From: Stellaceae bacterium
Lineage (GTDB): Bacteria > Pseudomonadota > Alphaproteobacteria > ATCC43930 > CGMCC-115725
Assembly (NCBI GenBank): GCA_035935235.1
Contig: DASYXG010000465.1
Location: 1-32,000, forward strand
DNA length: 32,000 nt
Direction: 5' to 3'
Part shown: positions 1 to 7,890 of the stretch, piece by piece
How the letters are laid out: each line of letters opens with the position of its first letter
Numbering within the stretch: position 1 is the stretch's first letter
Made by a program: the position numbers and the translations under genes
Notes under the pieces: model-generated
Told to the model about the DNA's origin: nothing
The model's input: only the letters and a program-made list of their open reading frames with translations
The model's database searches: none

Positions 1-133
1 TGGCGATCTGATGGCTTACCGCCGCCGGGGTAACGCTGAGCTCATCGGCGGCCTTGGAAAAACTCGCTAGCCGCGCCGCGGCCTCGAAGGCGCGCAGCGC
101 GCTCAACGGCGGTAGATGACTGCCCCCAGGCAT
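1..133 (-). CDS. LysR-family (GcvA-like) transcriptional regulator, N-terminal HTH only; the gene runs off the left edge
   Basis: My own minus-strand translation from the ATG at 133 gives MPGGSHLPPLSALRAFEAAARLASFSKAADELSVTPAAVSHQIA, a classic LysR winged-HTH signature. It is absent from the ORF track because it has no stop in the window. Confidence 0.6.
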   Translation of the reverse strand, partial: MPGGSHLPPLSALRAFEAAARLASFSKAADELSVTPAAVSHQIA

Positions 134-204
134 GAGAAATCCTAATCCGAAGGCTGAGAAACTCTCGTTTGTAGATTGGGTTACGCGCAGCCATTTCAAT
201 AGCT

Positions 205-423
205 ATGGAAAGCGCCGATCGCTTCGCGACGGTGCGATCGAAGATTAGAGGTTCTCATACGTCAGCCAAACACTTCCATCCGTTCTCGACGATCCGCGAG
301 TGGCGTCGCCGCATGCGAAGCCGCCGCGAACTCGCCGGTCTCGGCGACGTGATGCTGCACGACATCGGCATTACCCGCGCCGACGCCGAATTCCTGTCAC
401 GCAAGCCTTTCTGGAGGGAATGA
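205..423 (+). CDS. DUF1127 (YjiS-like) small protein
   Basis: 72-aa ORF. The C-terminal RRELAGLGDVMLHDIGITRADAE matches the DUF1127 signature as I recall it. It is divergent from the LysR fragment. Confidence 0.7.
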   Translation: MESADRFATVRSKIRGSHTSAKHFHPFSTIREWRRRMRSRRELAGLGDVMLHDIGITRADAEFLSRKPFWRE

Positions 424-569
424 TGACCAAGCATCGCGCGACCAAGACGCCCGGCCTGTGGGGCCGGACGACCAAGGCTCTCGGCAGATTGCTCGCCGGG
501 ATGGTAACGTTGCCTGAGCGTCCGCAGACCCGCGGCGATCGGGAATACCCCATCTTTCCGCCGTTCTAA
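423..569 (+). CDS. Candidate 48-aa micro-ORF, translationally coupled to the DUF1127 gene
   Basis: ATGATGA overlaps the DUF1127 stop (alternative ATG at 420). GGAGG at 413-417 sits 5 nt upstream of ATG 423. About 39 of 47 codons end in G/C. Product MTKHRATKTPGLWGRTTKALGRLLAGMVTLPERPQTRGDREYPIFPPF. No family recognised. Confidence 0.3.
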   Translation: MTKHRATKTPGLWGRTTKALGRLLAGMVTLPERPQTRGDREYPIFPPF

Positions 570-594
570 CGTCAAGCGACCGGAGGAACCGACC

Positions 595-1428
595 ATGACC
601 GACCGTTCCACCTTGCATCACGTCGACGCCGAGCTGAACTACATGGCGCCGATGGCTGAGCGCCCGCGCTACCTCGCCTACGACCCGGAACCGGGCGAGC
701 AGCGCTCCAACATGACCTACGATCCGCACCAGGTATCGATCTATGACATGCGGCCGATCCAGCACGAATTGGACCTCGACCGTGAGGGTTTCGGCCTGGT
801 CGAGCACCGCACAGCGGTCAAGGATTTCTGGGACGATGACGAGGTCCGCCGGGTCTACTACCCGGAGGCCGAGGCGTTTCTCAAGGAGCACACCGGCGCC
901 AGCCGCGTGTTCATCTTCGATCACCTTCAGCGTCGCCGCGTCGTCGGGCTGCGCGACTATTCGCGCAACGGGCCGCGCCAGCCCGCGACCCGCGTCCACG
1001 TGGACCACACCGCCCGCTCGGGCCCGCAGCGGGTCCGTGACCTGCTGCCCGACGAGGCGGAAGAGTTGCTCAAGGGCCGGGTCCAGGTGATCAATCTCTG
1101 GCGGCCGATCAAGGGGCCGCTAGAAGACGCGCCGCTGGCGCTGTGCGACGCGCGCACGGTCAATGAGGACGACCTTGTGCCGTCCGATCTCGTCTACAAA
1201 AACCGGGTCGGCGAGACGTATTCGGTCACGTGGAACCCGGCGCATCGTTGGTACTATGCGCCGGAGCTGCGGCGCGACGAGGCGCTCTTGCTGAAGATCA
1301 TGGACAGCAAGACCGACGGCCGGGCGCGGTTCATGCCGCACACCTCGTTCACCGATCCAACCACACCCGCGGACGCGTTTCCGCGCGAGAGCATCGAGCT
1401 GCGGACGCTGGTGTTCCATCCGGCCTAA
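595..1428 (+). CDS. CmcJ/NvfI (AsaB-like) family oxygenase/oxidoreductase
   Basis: 277-aa ORF with GGAGG 8 nt upstream. Motifs VHVDHT, INLWRPIKGPLEDAPLALCDARTV and NPAHRWYYAPELRRDEALLLKIMDS resemble this family as I remember it. Confidence 0.6.
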   Translation: MTDRSTLHHVDAELNYMAPMAERPRYLAYDPEPGEQRSNMTYDPHQVSIYDMRPIQHELDLDREGFGLVEHRTAVKDFWDDDEVRRVYYPEAEAFLKEHTGASRVFIFDHLQRRRVVGLRDYSRNGPRQPATRVHVDHTARSGPQRVRDLLPDEAEELLKGRVQVINLWRPIKGPLEDAPLALCDARTVNEDDLVPSDLVYKNRVGETYSVTWNPAHRWYYAPELRRDEALLLKIMDSKTDGRARFMPHTSFTDPTTPADAFPRESIELRTLVFHPA

Positions 1429-1451
1429 GCCCGTAATACATTCGATACGCC

Positions 1452-1484
1452 AAAGCTCCCCGCGGTCCCCGCGGGGAGCTTTTC
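1452..1484 (+). terminator. Rho-independent terminator after the CmcJ-like gene
   Basis: Perfect 14-bp stem AAAGCTCCCCGCGG / CCGCGGGGAGCTTT with a TCC loop. The stem runs into a short T tract (TTTTC). Confidence 0.65.
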
Positions 1485-1521
1485 ATGCAGGCTCTCAGTA
1501 AGAAATCTGACGGAGGACGCG

Positions 1522-2451
1522 ATGAAGGCGATGCTGCTGGTCAAGCACGGTGGGCTCGACGCGCTGCAATACGGCGACGCGCCCGATCCGGTCGCCGGGC
1601 CGGGTGATGTCGTCGTCGATATCCATGCGGCCAGCGTCAACGCTGCCGACTACAAGATGCGGCTCGGCGGCGCCCACTATCAGACTGGCGGCCTCAAATT
1701 CCCGCACATCCTCGGCCGCGACTTTTCCGGCGTGGTCAGTGCGGTCGGGCCGAGCGCCGACCTCAAGACCGGCGACGAGGTGTTTGGAGTCACAATTCCC
1801 GGCACCGAGGGCGCCTATGCGGAGAAGATCGCCATCAAGGCTGCGATCGTCGCCAAGAAGCCGCCGAAGCTTAGCCATGAAGAGGCCGCGGCGATGGCGT
1901 TGACCAGCCTCACCGCGATCTGGGCGCTGGAAGATACCGCGAAGCTCAAGCGCGGCGAGACCGTCTTGATCCAGGGTGGTGGAGGCGGGGTCGCCGGGTT
2001 CGCGATCCAGCTCGCCAAGCATCTCGGCACCACGGTGATCACCACCGCCAGCGCGAGAAACCACGATTACGTCAAGAAGCTGGGCGCTGACCGGATCATC
2101 GACTACCAGAAAGAGGATTTCACAGCCCTCGGCCGCGTCTGCGACGTGGTCTTCGACACGGTCGGTGGCGCGGTCCAGTCGCGATCCTACGATGTGTTGA
2201 AGCCGAACGGCCGGCTGGTGTGGATCGCCGCCGGAGAAGCTGGGTTTAAGACCGACCGATCCGATGTCCAGGTTCTGCGCCCCAAAGTCGACCGTGACCG
2301 CGCCCATCTCGAACGCATGGTCGAGCTATACGAGGCGGGCGCGGTCTGGCCGCCGACGATCACCCGCTATAAGCTCGCTGATGCGGCCGAAGCGCATCGG
2401 GTCAGCGAGGGGCGTCATTTGCAGGGCAAACTCGTGCTTGTGGTGCGCTAG
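1522..2451 (+). CDS. Medium-chain dehydrogenase/reductase family NAD(P)H:quinone oxidoreductase
   Basis: 309-aa ORF with GGAGG upstream. It has a GroES-like N-terminus (VVVDIHAASVNAADYKMR) and a Rossmann motif (VLIQGGGGGVAGFAIQLAK). Confidence 0.85.
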   Translation: MKAMLLVKHGGLDALQYGDAPDPVAGPGDVVVDIHAASVNAADYKMRLGGAHYQTGGLKFPHILGRDFSGVVSAVGPSADLKTGDEVFGVTIPGTEGAYAEKIAIKAAIVAKKPPKLSHEEAAAMALTSLTAIWALEDTAKLKRGETVLIQGGGGGVAGFAIQLAKHLGTTVITTASARNHDYVKKLGADRIIDYQKEDFTALGRVCDVVFDTVGGAVQSRSYDVLKPNGRLVWIAAGEAGFKTDRSDVQVLRPKVDRDRAHLERMVELYEAGAVWPPTITRYKLADAAEAHRVSEGRHLQGKLVLVVR

Positions 2452-2478
2452 GTAATCAGTTTCGACAGGAGGAAATGC

Positions 2479-2853
2479 ATGGCGGGCAACGGACAGATGA
2501 TCATCGACCTCGACCGCAAGCGGATGATCGCGATGGCCGAGAAGGACATCAGGACGCTGAACGAGATCATTTCTGATGATCTCATCTATACCCATTCTTC
2601 GGCCCGGCTCGACACCAAGCAGAGCCTCATCGGCAACATGGAATCGGGTTCGACCGTTTACACCTCGGTGGTGCCGTCGAACGTCAAGGCACAGGATCTG
2701 GGCGACACGGTCGTGCTGACCGGCGAGTGCAAGATCAGCGTCAATTCGGGCGGTCGGGCGAACAGCTTTGGTGTGCGCTTTACCGACGTCTATGCCAACA
2801 AGGGCGGCAAATGGCAGATGGTTACCTGGCAATCGACGCGGCTTCCTGATTGA
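2479..2853 (+). CDS. NTF2-like (SnoaL/DUF4440-type) small protein
   Basis: 124-aa ORF with AGGAGG upstream. The size and the C-terminal FTDVYANKGGKWQMVTWQST are typical of DUF4440/NTF2-fold proteins. Confidence 0.6.
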   Translation: MAGNGQMIIDLDRKRMIAMAEKDIRTLNEIISDDLIYTHSSARLDTKQSLIGNMESGSTVYTSVVPSNVKAQDLGDTVVLTGECKISVNSGGRANSFGVRFTDVYANKGGKWQMVTWQSTRLPD

Positions 2854-2865
2854 GCCTCGCGGCGA

Positions 2866-3105
2866 GTGGACGGCGGCTGGGTCGCGAAGCTCTTCGCAGG
2901 AGCACTGCTGCTGTGCGGCGGCGCCGCTGCGGAAACCTTGCCGGGGCGCTGCGCGCTTGTCTGTCCGCCCGATCAGTCGATTAATGTCGAGAAGTGCGCC
3001 TGCGAGGCGCACCCGCCGATCCAACACCCCATCTGCACGCTCGTTTGTCCGGCGCCGGGCCAGACGCTCGATGCCGAACTGTGCCGATGCGTCCCGATGC
3101 ACTGA
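2866..3105 (+). CDS. Secreted cysteine-rich mini-protein with an internal tandem repeat
   Basis: GTG-initiated 79-aa ORF with high GC3. The N-terminus is signal-like (AKLFAGALLLCGGAAA followed by E). Two C-x3-C-P-x(9-10)-C-x-C units follow. The competing minus ORF 2326-3102 overlaps two well-supported plus-strand genes. Confidence 0.5.
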   Translation: MDGGWVAKLFAGALLLCGGAAAETLPGRCALVCPPDQSINVEKCACEAHPPIQHPICTLVCPAPGQTLDAELCRCVPMH

Positions 3106-3374
3106 ACAAAATCAATAACCACCGGGTGCCGTTTTAAAATCGTACGTAAGAGATCGCCATTATTCTGTCATGCAAACGACACGGCAGAACCGGTTTACCT
3201 AAAGATTCAAAACGCCACATCCGCGCCACAAAATTTTTGGCATAGTCTACCTTCTCTCCAAGTCGGACGTTTTGGGTGGGAATTCCTTCAGAAATGGCAT
3301 CACCGGCTTGAAACGGGTCGAGCAGTACCTACTCACCTATCGTAAGATGCGATCAATTAATTGGGGAAGCGTGA

Positions 3375-3598
3375 TGACGTATCGGATTATCTACGGCGAG
3401 ACAGCGGACATACTGGTGGCGCCGGAACCGCGCGTCGCGTCGACTGAAGAATTTTCGACTGAGCATCAGGCGCTCGGACGAGCACGCGAATTGCTCGATA
3501 CCGGCGAGCATCATCGCATTGCCGTCGACGACGGTACGGGCAACGTGCTGCACGGGGTGCGCCTGCAGCTGAAATTGGGCGGTTTCTCGGGCGATTGA
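3375..3598 (+). CDS. Hypothetical 74-aa protein
   Basis: ATG at 3375 is preceded by GGGGAAG. Coding-like GC3 begins only here; the upstream part of track ORF 3272-3598 lies in AT-rich sequence. No family recognised. Confidence 0.4.
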
Positions 3599-3834
3599 GC
3601 CGCCGCTGACGGCCGAAGCTTTGACTTGAATACAGCGATTCGAGCGGAGTATCGCGCTCGGTTCGGAGCGCTATTGCGAAAGCGCCGCAGCAGGGCAGGA
3701 TTGCTGCCCTTGCCGTTGTTCGGGCTCGGGCAAAGGGCTAAATTAAGGGGCATGTGGGATCGCGGCGGCGCCGATGTGGGGCGGCCGCGATTTTAGTTGA
3801 GGCCCCTTGAGTTAGCCTAGCCTCGGAGCCGCCT

Positions 3835-6621
3835 TTGGCCGTCACCGCCGTACCGCCGGGCCAACCGCCGATCGGGCCCGATATCACTCAGATCACGATC
3901 GAAGAGGAGATGCGCCGCTCCTACCTCGATTACGCGATGAGCGTGATCGTGGCGCGGGCGCTGCCCGACGTGCGCGACGGGTTGAAGCCGGTGCACCGCC
4001 GCATCCTCTATTCGATGCAGGTCAACGGCAATCTGTGGAACCGCGGGTATCGAAAGTCCGCACGCATTGTGGGCGATGTCATCGGCAAGTATCACCCGCA
4101 CGGCGAACTCGCGATCTATGACGCGATGGTGCGTATGGCGCAGGATTTCTCGATGCGCCTGCCGCTGATCGATGGACAGGGCAATTTCGGCTCGATGGAC
4201 GGCGACCCGCCGGCTGCCTATCGCTATACCGAGGCGCGGCTGGCCCGTGTCGCCAATACGCTGCTCGACGATCTCGACAACAACACCGTCGATTTTCAGC
4301 CCAACTATGACGACACCGAGCAAGAGCCAAAGGTTCTGCCTGCCGGATTACCGAACCTCCTGGTTAACGGCGCCCAGGGGATCGCGGTCGGCATGGCGAC
4401 CAACATCCCGACCCATAACCTCGGTGAGGTAATCGACGCCTGCTGCGCCTATCTCGACAACCGGGCGATCACCGTCGAAGAGCTGATGGAGCACGTGCCG
4501 GCGCCGGATTTCCCAACCGGCGGCATCATCGTCGGCCGCGCCGGGACGCATGCCGCCTACAAGACCGGGCGCGGTGCGGTGGTGCTGCGCGCCAAGAGCC
4601 ATGTCGAGGAAATCCGCAAGGATCGCGACGGCATCGTCGTCACCGAGATTCCCTACCAGGTCAACAAGGCGAAGCTGATCGAGCGCATCGCCGAGTGCGT
4701 ACGCGAGAAGCTGGTTGAGGGCATCGCCGATTTGCGCGACGAGAGCGACCGCGAAGGGTTGCGCGTCGTCATCGAGTTGCGGCGCGACGCCGACCCAGAC
4801 GTGGTGCTGAACCAGCTCTACCGGCACACCGCACTGCAGACGAGTTTTGGCGTCAACATGCTGGCGCTTAATGGGGGCCGGCCGGAATTGCTGACGCTGC
4901 GCGACGTCATCGTCGCGTTCATCGCGTTCCGCGAAGAGGTCATCACCCGCCGCACGACTTATCTGCTCGAAAAGGCCCGGGACCGGGCGCACATCCTGGT
5001 TGGCCTCCTGATCGCAGTTGCCAGCATCGACGAGATTATCGCGCTCATCCGCGGCGCTGCCGACCCGACGGAAGCGCGCGAGGGATTGATCGAGCGACGC
5101 TGGCCGACCGGCGACATCGCCCCGCTCCTGGCGCTGGTCGGTGAGGAGGCGGCCGGCGAAAGCGGCACCTATCAACTCTCCGACGCGCAGGCGCGGGCAA
5201 TCCTCGACTTGCGCTTGCAGCGGCTGACCGGGCTGGAACGCGACAAAATTGCGGAGGAATTGCAGGAGCTTGTGACGGAGATTGCCGGGCATCTTGAGAT
5301 CCTGCGCTCGCCGGAAAAGCTGATCGAGGTGCTGCGCGCTGAGCTTGTCGCGATCAAGGAGCAGTTCGCCAACCCGCGCCGCACGACGATCGAGGATGTC
5401 GAGTTCGAAGCCGACATCGAGGCGCTGATCCAACGCGAGGACATGGTCGTCACCGTCAGTCACGCCGGGTACATTAAGCGTGTGCCGCTCTCGACCTTCC
5501 GCGCCCAGAACCGCGGCGGTAAAGGACGCGCTGGCATGGCGCTGCGGGAGGAAGATTTCCTCAGCCAGGTCTTTGTTGCTTCGACCCTCGACCCGGTGCT
5601 GTTCTTTACGTCGTCGGGTCGGGTCTACAAGCTCAAGGTCTACCGGCTGCCACTCGGCACGCCGCAGGCACGCGGCCGGCCGATGATCAACCTGCTACCC
5701 AACCTGGCTGAGGGCGAAACGATCTCGACGATCATGCCGCTGCCCGAGGACGAGGAAAGCTGGAGCGGGCTCACAGTGATGTTCGCCACTGCGGCGGGTT
5801 ATGTCCGCCGCAACGCGCTCTCCGATTTCGTCGATGTCCGCGCCAACGGCAAGATCGCGATGAAATTCGAGGGTGAGGATGCCGGGGACCGGCTGATCGC
5901 GGTGGCGCCATGCAGCGAAGCCGACGACGTGCTGCTCGCGACGCGCAACGGCAAGGCGATCCGCTTTTCGGTCGACGACGTGCGCGTGTTCACCGGCCGC
6001 TCGTCGGTAGGCGTGCGCGGCATCAGGCTCCTCGGAGACGACACGGTCATCTCGATGTCGATCCTGCGGCATGAGGTGGTCGAGCCGGAAATTCGCAATG
6101 CCTATCTGAAGCTCGCCACCGAACGGCGCCGTCTGGCGGGTGAGGAAAGCGAAAACGGTAACGGTAACGGCAACGGCGACCACTCCTCCGAACCGGAGGA
6201 CGTCGATAACGAGAGCCAAGGTGATGTGGCAATCACTGAGGATGTGTTCGCCGATCTCGCGGCGCGCGAGGAATTCGTGCTGAGCGTTACCGAGAAGGGC
6301 TTCGGCGTGCGCGGCTCAGCCTATGGTTACCGGATCACCGGCCGCGGCGGCCAAGGGATCAACAATATGGATCTGAGCCGCCGCGGTGACGCCGTAGTCG
6401 CAGTGTTTCCGGTTGGTCACAACGACCAGATCATGCTTGTCACCGATGGCGGCATGGTGATCCGCTGCCCGGTGGGCGACATTCGCATCGCCCGGCGAGG
6501 AAGCGTCGGCGTGGTGATCTTCCGCGTAGGCGACGGTGAACGTGTGGTATCGGTAGCGCGGCTGCCGGAAGTCGCCGGCGAAAACGGCGACGCCGAGACC
6601 GAGGAGGGGGACGAGAATTGA
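3835..6621 (+). CDS. gyrA: DNA gyrase subunit A
   Basis: 928-aa ORF with [37 protein letters not shown], the catalytic-Tyr motif [10 protein letters not shown], and GyrA-box/beta-pinwheel repeats. The only in-frame start upstream of the conserved N-terminus is TTG at 3835, with GGAG 8 nt upstream. Confidence 0.97.
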   Translation: MAVTAVPPGQPPIGPDITQITIEEEMRRSYLDYAMSVIVARALPDVRDGLKPVHRRILYSMQVNGNLWNRGYRKSARIVGDVIGKYHPHGELAIYDAMVRMAQDFSMRLPLIDGQGNFGSMDGDPPAAYRYTEARLARVANTLLDDLDNNTVDFQPNYDDTEQEPKVLPAGLPNLLVNGAQGIAVGMATNIPTHNLGEVIDACCAYLDNRAITVEELMEHVPAPDFPTGGIIVGRAGTHAAYKTGRGAVVLRAKSHVEEIRKDRDGIVVTEIPYQVNKAKLIERIAECVREKLVEGIADLRDESDREGLRVVIELRRDADPDVVLNQLYRHTALQTSFGVNMLALNGGRPELLTLRDVIVAFIAFREEVITRRTTYLLEKARDRAHILVGLLIAVASIDEIIALIRGAADPTEAREGLIERRWPTGDIAPLLALVGEEAAGESGTYQLSDAQARAILDLRLQRLTGLERDKIAEELQELVTEIAGHLEILRSPEKLIEVLRAELVAIKEQFANPRRTTIEDVEFEADIEALIQREDMVVTVSHAGYIKRVPLSTFRAQNRGGKGRAGMALREEDFLSQVFVASTLDPVLFFTSSGRVYKLKVYRLPLGTPQARGRPMINLLPNLAEGETISTIMPLPEDEESWSGLTVMFATAAGYVRRNALSDFVDVRANGKIAMKFEGEDAGDRLIAVAPCSEADDVLLATRNGKAIRFSVDDVRVFTGRSSVGVRGIRLLGDDTVISMSILRHEVVEPEIRNAYLKLATERRRLAGEESENGNGNGNGDHSSEPEDVDNESQGDVAITEDVFADLAAREEFVLSVTEKGFGVRGSAYGYRITGRGGQGINNMDLSRRGDAVVAVFPVGHNDQIMLVTDGGMVIRCPVGDIRIARRGSVGVVIFRVGDGERVVSVARLPEVAGENGDAETEEGDEN

Positions 6622-7139
6622 GCAAGCTGCGGGTCGGGATCTATCCCGGCACCTTCGACCCGATCACCAACGGGCACACCGATATTATCCGCCGCGCGGC
6701 GCGCGTCGTCGACCGGCTGGTCGTCGGAGTTGCTCGCAACGACGGCAAGGGCCCGCTGTTCTCGACCGCGGAGCGGGTCGAGATCGTCCGCGAGGAGATC
6801 GCCCAGGCACTCGCCAAGGACGTGGCGCAACGCATCGAGGTGCAGGCGTTCGAGTCGCTGCTGATGAGTTTTGCCGAGTCGGTCAATGCCAGCATCATCA
6901 TCCGCGGACTGCGCGCGGTTTCGGATTTCGAATACGAGTTCCAGATGGCTGGGATGAATGCCCGCCTCAACACCCAGATCGAGACCGTCTTTCTGATGGC
7001 TTCGGACCGGTTCCAGTTCATCTCCTCGCGCTTCGTCAAGGAGATTGGTGCGCTCGGCGGCGACGTCTCGCACTTTGTGAGCGAGCGCGTCGCCGCCCGA
7101 CTCACCGAGCGGTTTTCCGAGCGCGCGAAGGGCCGTTGA
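6618..7139 (+). CDS. coaD: Phosphopantetheine adenylyltransferase
   Basis: 173-aa ORF with [16 protein letters not shown] (the T/HxGH nucleotidyltransferase motif). The TTG start overlaps the gyrA stop (TTGA). GAGGAGG lies inside the gyrA 3' end. Confidence 0.93.
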   Translation: MSKLRVGIYPGTFDPITNGHTDIIRRAARVVDRLVVGVARNDGKGPLFSTAERVEIVREEIAQALAKDVAQRIEVQAFESLLMSFAESVNASIIIRGLRAVSDFEYEFQMAGMNARLNTQIETVFLMASDRFQFISSRFVKEIGALGGDVSHFVSERVAARLTERFSERAKGR

Positions 7140-7170
7140 CGAAGCCTGGCGACCTCCGGTAGCGGCCGCC

Positions 7171-7890
7171 ATGGCCATATCGTTGAGCGCAGCGACATTT
7201 TTGATGACGCTGCTTGGGGGGCTGCTGGCGCTCTATCTGAGGGATCGCTTGCACTTGATCCTGGGCTTTAGTGCTGGCGCGGTCATTGGCGTGGCATTTT
7301 TCGACCTCATCCCGGAAGCTTCGGAACTGATGCAGGCCCATGGCTCGGTGGCGGCCGCCCTGGCGCTCGTCGCCATAGGCTTCATTGTCTATATGATCCT
7401 CGATCGCACGATCGCGCCGCATGGCCACAAGGGTGAGCGCACCGAGCGCCTGTGGAAGCGCGGCGCGCTTGGTGCGGCAAGCTTGTCGCTGCACAGTTAT
7501 CTTGACGGTTTCGCCATCGGCTTGGCGTTTCAGGTTTCGGCCGCCGTTGGGGCCGTCGTCGCCACAGCGGTTCTCGCTCACGATTTCTCCGATGGGATCA
7601 ACACGGTCGGGGTCGTGCTCAATCGACGGGGCGGCAGCCGCTCGGCGTTGGGCTGGCTGGTCATCGACGCCGTCGCGCCGGTCGTCGGCGCGGCCTCGAC
7701 GCTGATGCTGAAATTCCAACCCGAGGTGCTTGGCGGCTGCCTGGCGCTGTTCGCGGGGTTCTTCATCTACATCTCGGCCAGCGATTTGCTGCCCGAGAGC
7801 TATCACGATCACCCGACCGCGGGGACGACTGCCATGACCATTCTCGGCATGGCGGTGGTCTACGCGGCGGTTACGCTGGCCCAGGTTTGA
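7171..7890 (+). CDS. ZIP-family divalent metal transporter
   Basis: 239-aa polytopic membrane ORF. HSYLDG and HDFSDG motifs are typical of ZupT/GufA-like ZIP proteins. Confidence 0.8.
   Translation: MAISLSAATFLMTLLGGLLALYLRDRLHLILGFSAGAVIGVAFFDLIPEASELMQAHGSVAAALALVAIGFIVYMILDRTIAPHGHKGERTERLWKRGALGAASLSLHSYLDGFAIGLAFQVSAAVGAVVATAVLAHDFSDGINTVGVVLNRRGGSRSALGWLVIDAVAPVVGAASTLMLKFQPEVLGGCLALFAGFFIYISASDLLPESYHDHPTAGTTAMTILGMAVVYAAVTLAQV

Noticed and set aside
2908-2931. Lipoprotein lipobox in the Cys-rich mini-protein (ALLLCGG).
   Set aside because: Leu at the -1 position is atypical for a lipobox (normally G/A/S). An AAA followed by E signal peptidase I site five residues later fits better. 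The question needs a predictor and stays open.
4348-5463. 371-aa minus-strand ORF antisense to gyrA. Similar long antisense ORFs occur at 397-1008, 1495-2307, 2326-3102, 6417-7178, 7102-7812, 12442-12909, 14588-15296, 15757-16902, 16984-17709, 18982-19890, 19653-20327, 25228-25905, 27571-28980 and 29515-30156.
   Set aside because: All lie opposite ORFs with unmistakable conserved-protein signatures. Their translations are Arg/Ala/Pro/Gly-rich low-complexity sequences with no recognisable motifs. This is the expected shadow-ORF artefact of high-GC DNA.
6154-6177. The tandem AACGGY hexamers were considered as a possible CRISPR-like or regulatory repeat array.
   Set aside because: There are only four 6-nt units, they are in frame inside gyrA, and there are no spacers. 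This is a coding microsatellite, not an array.
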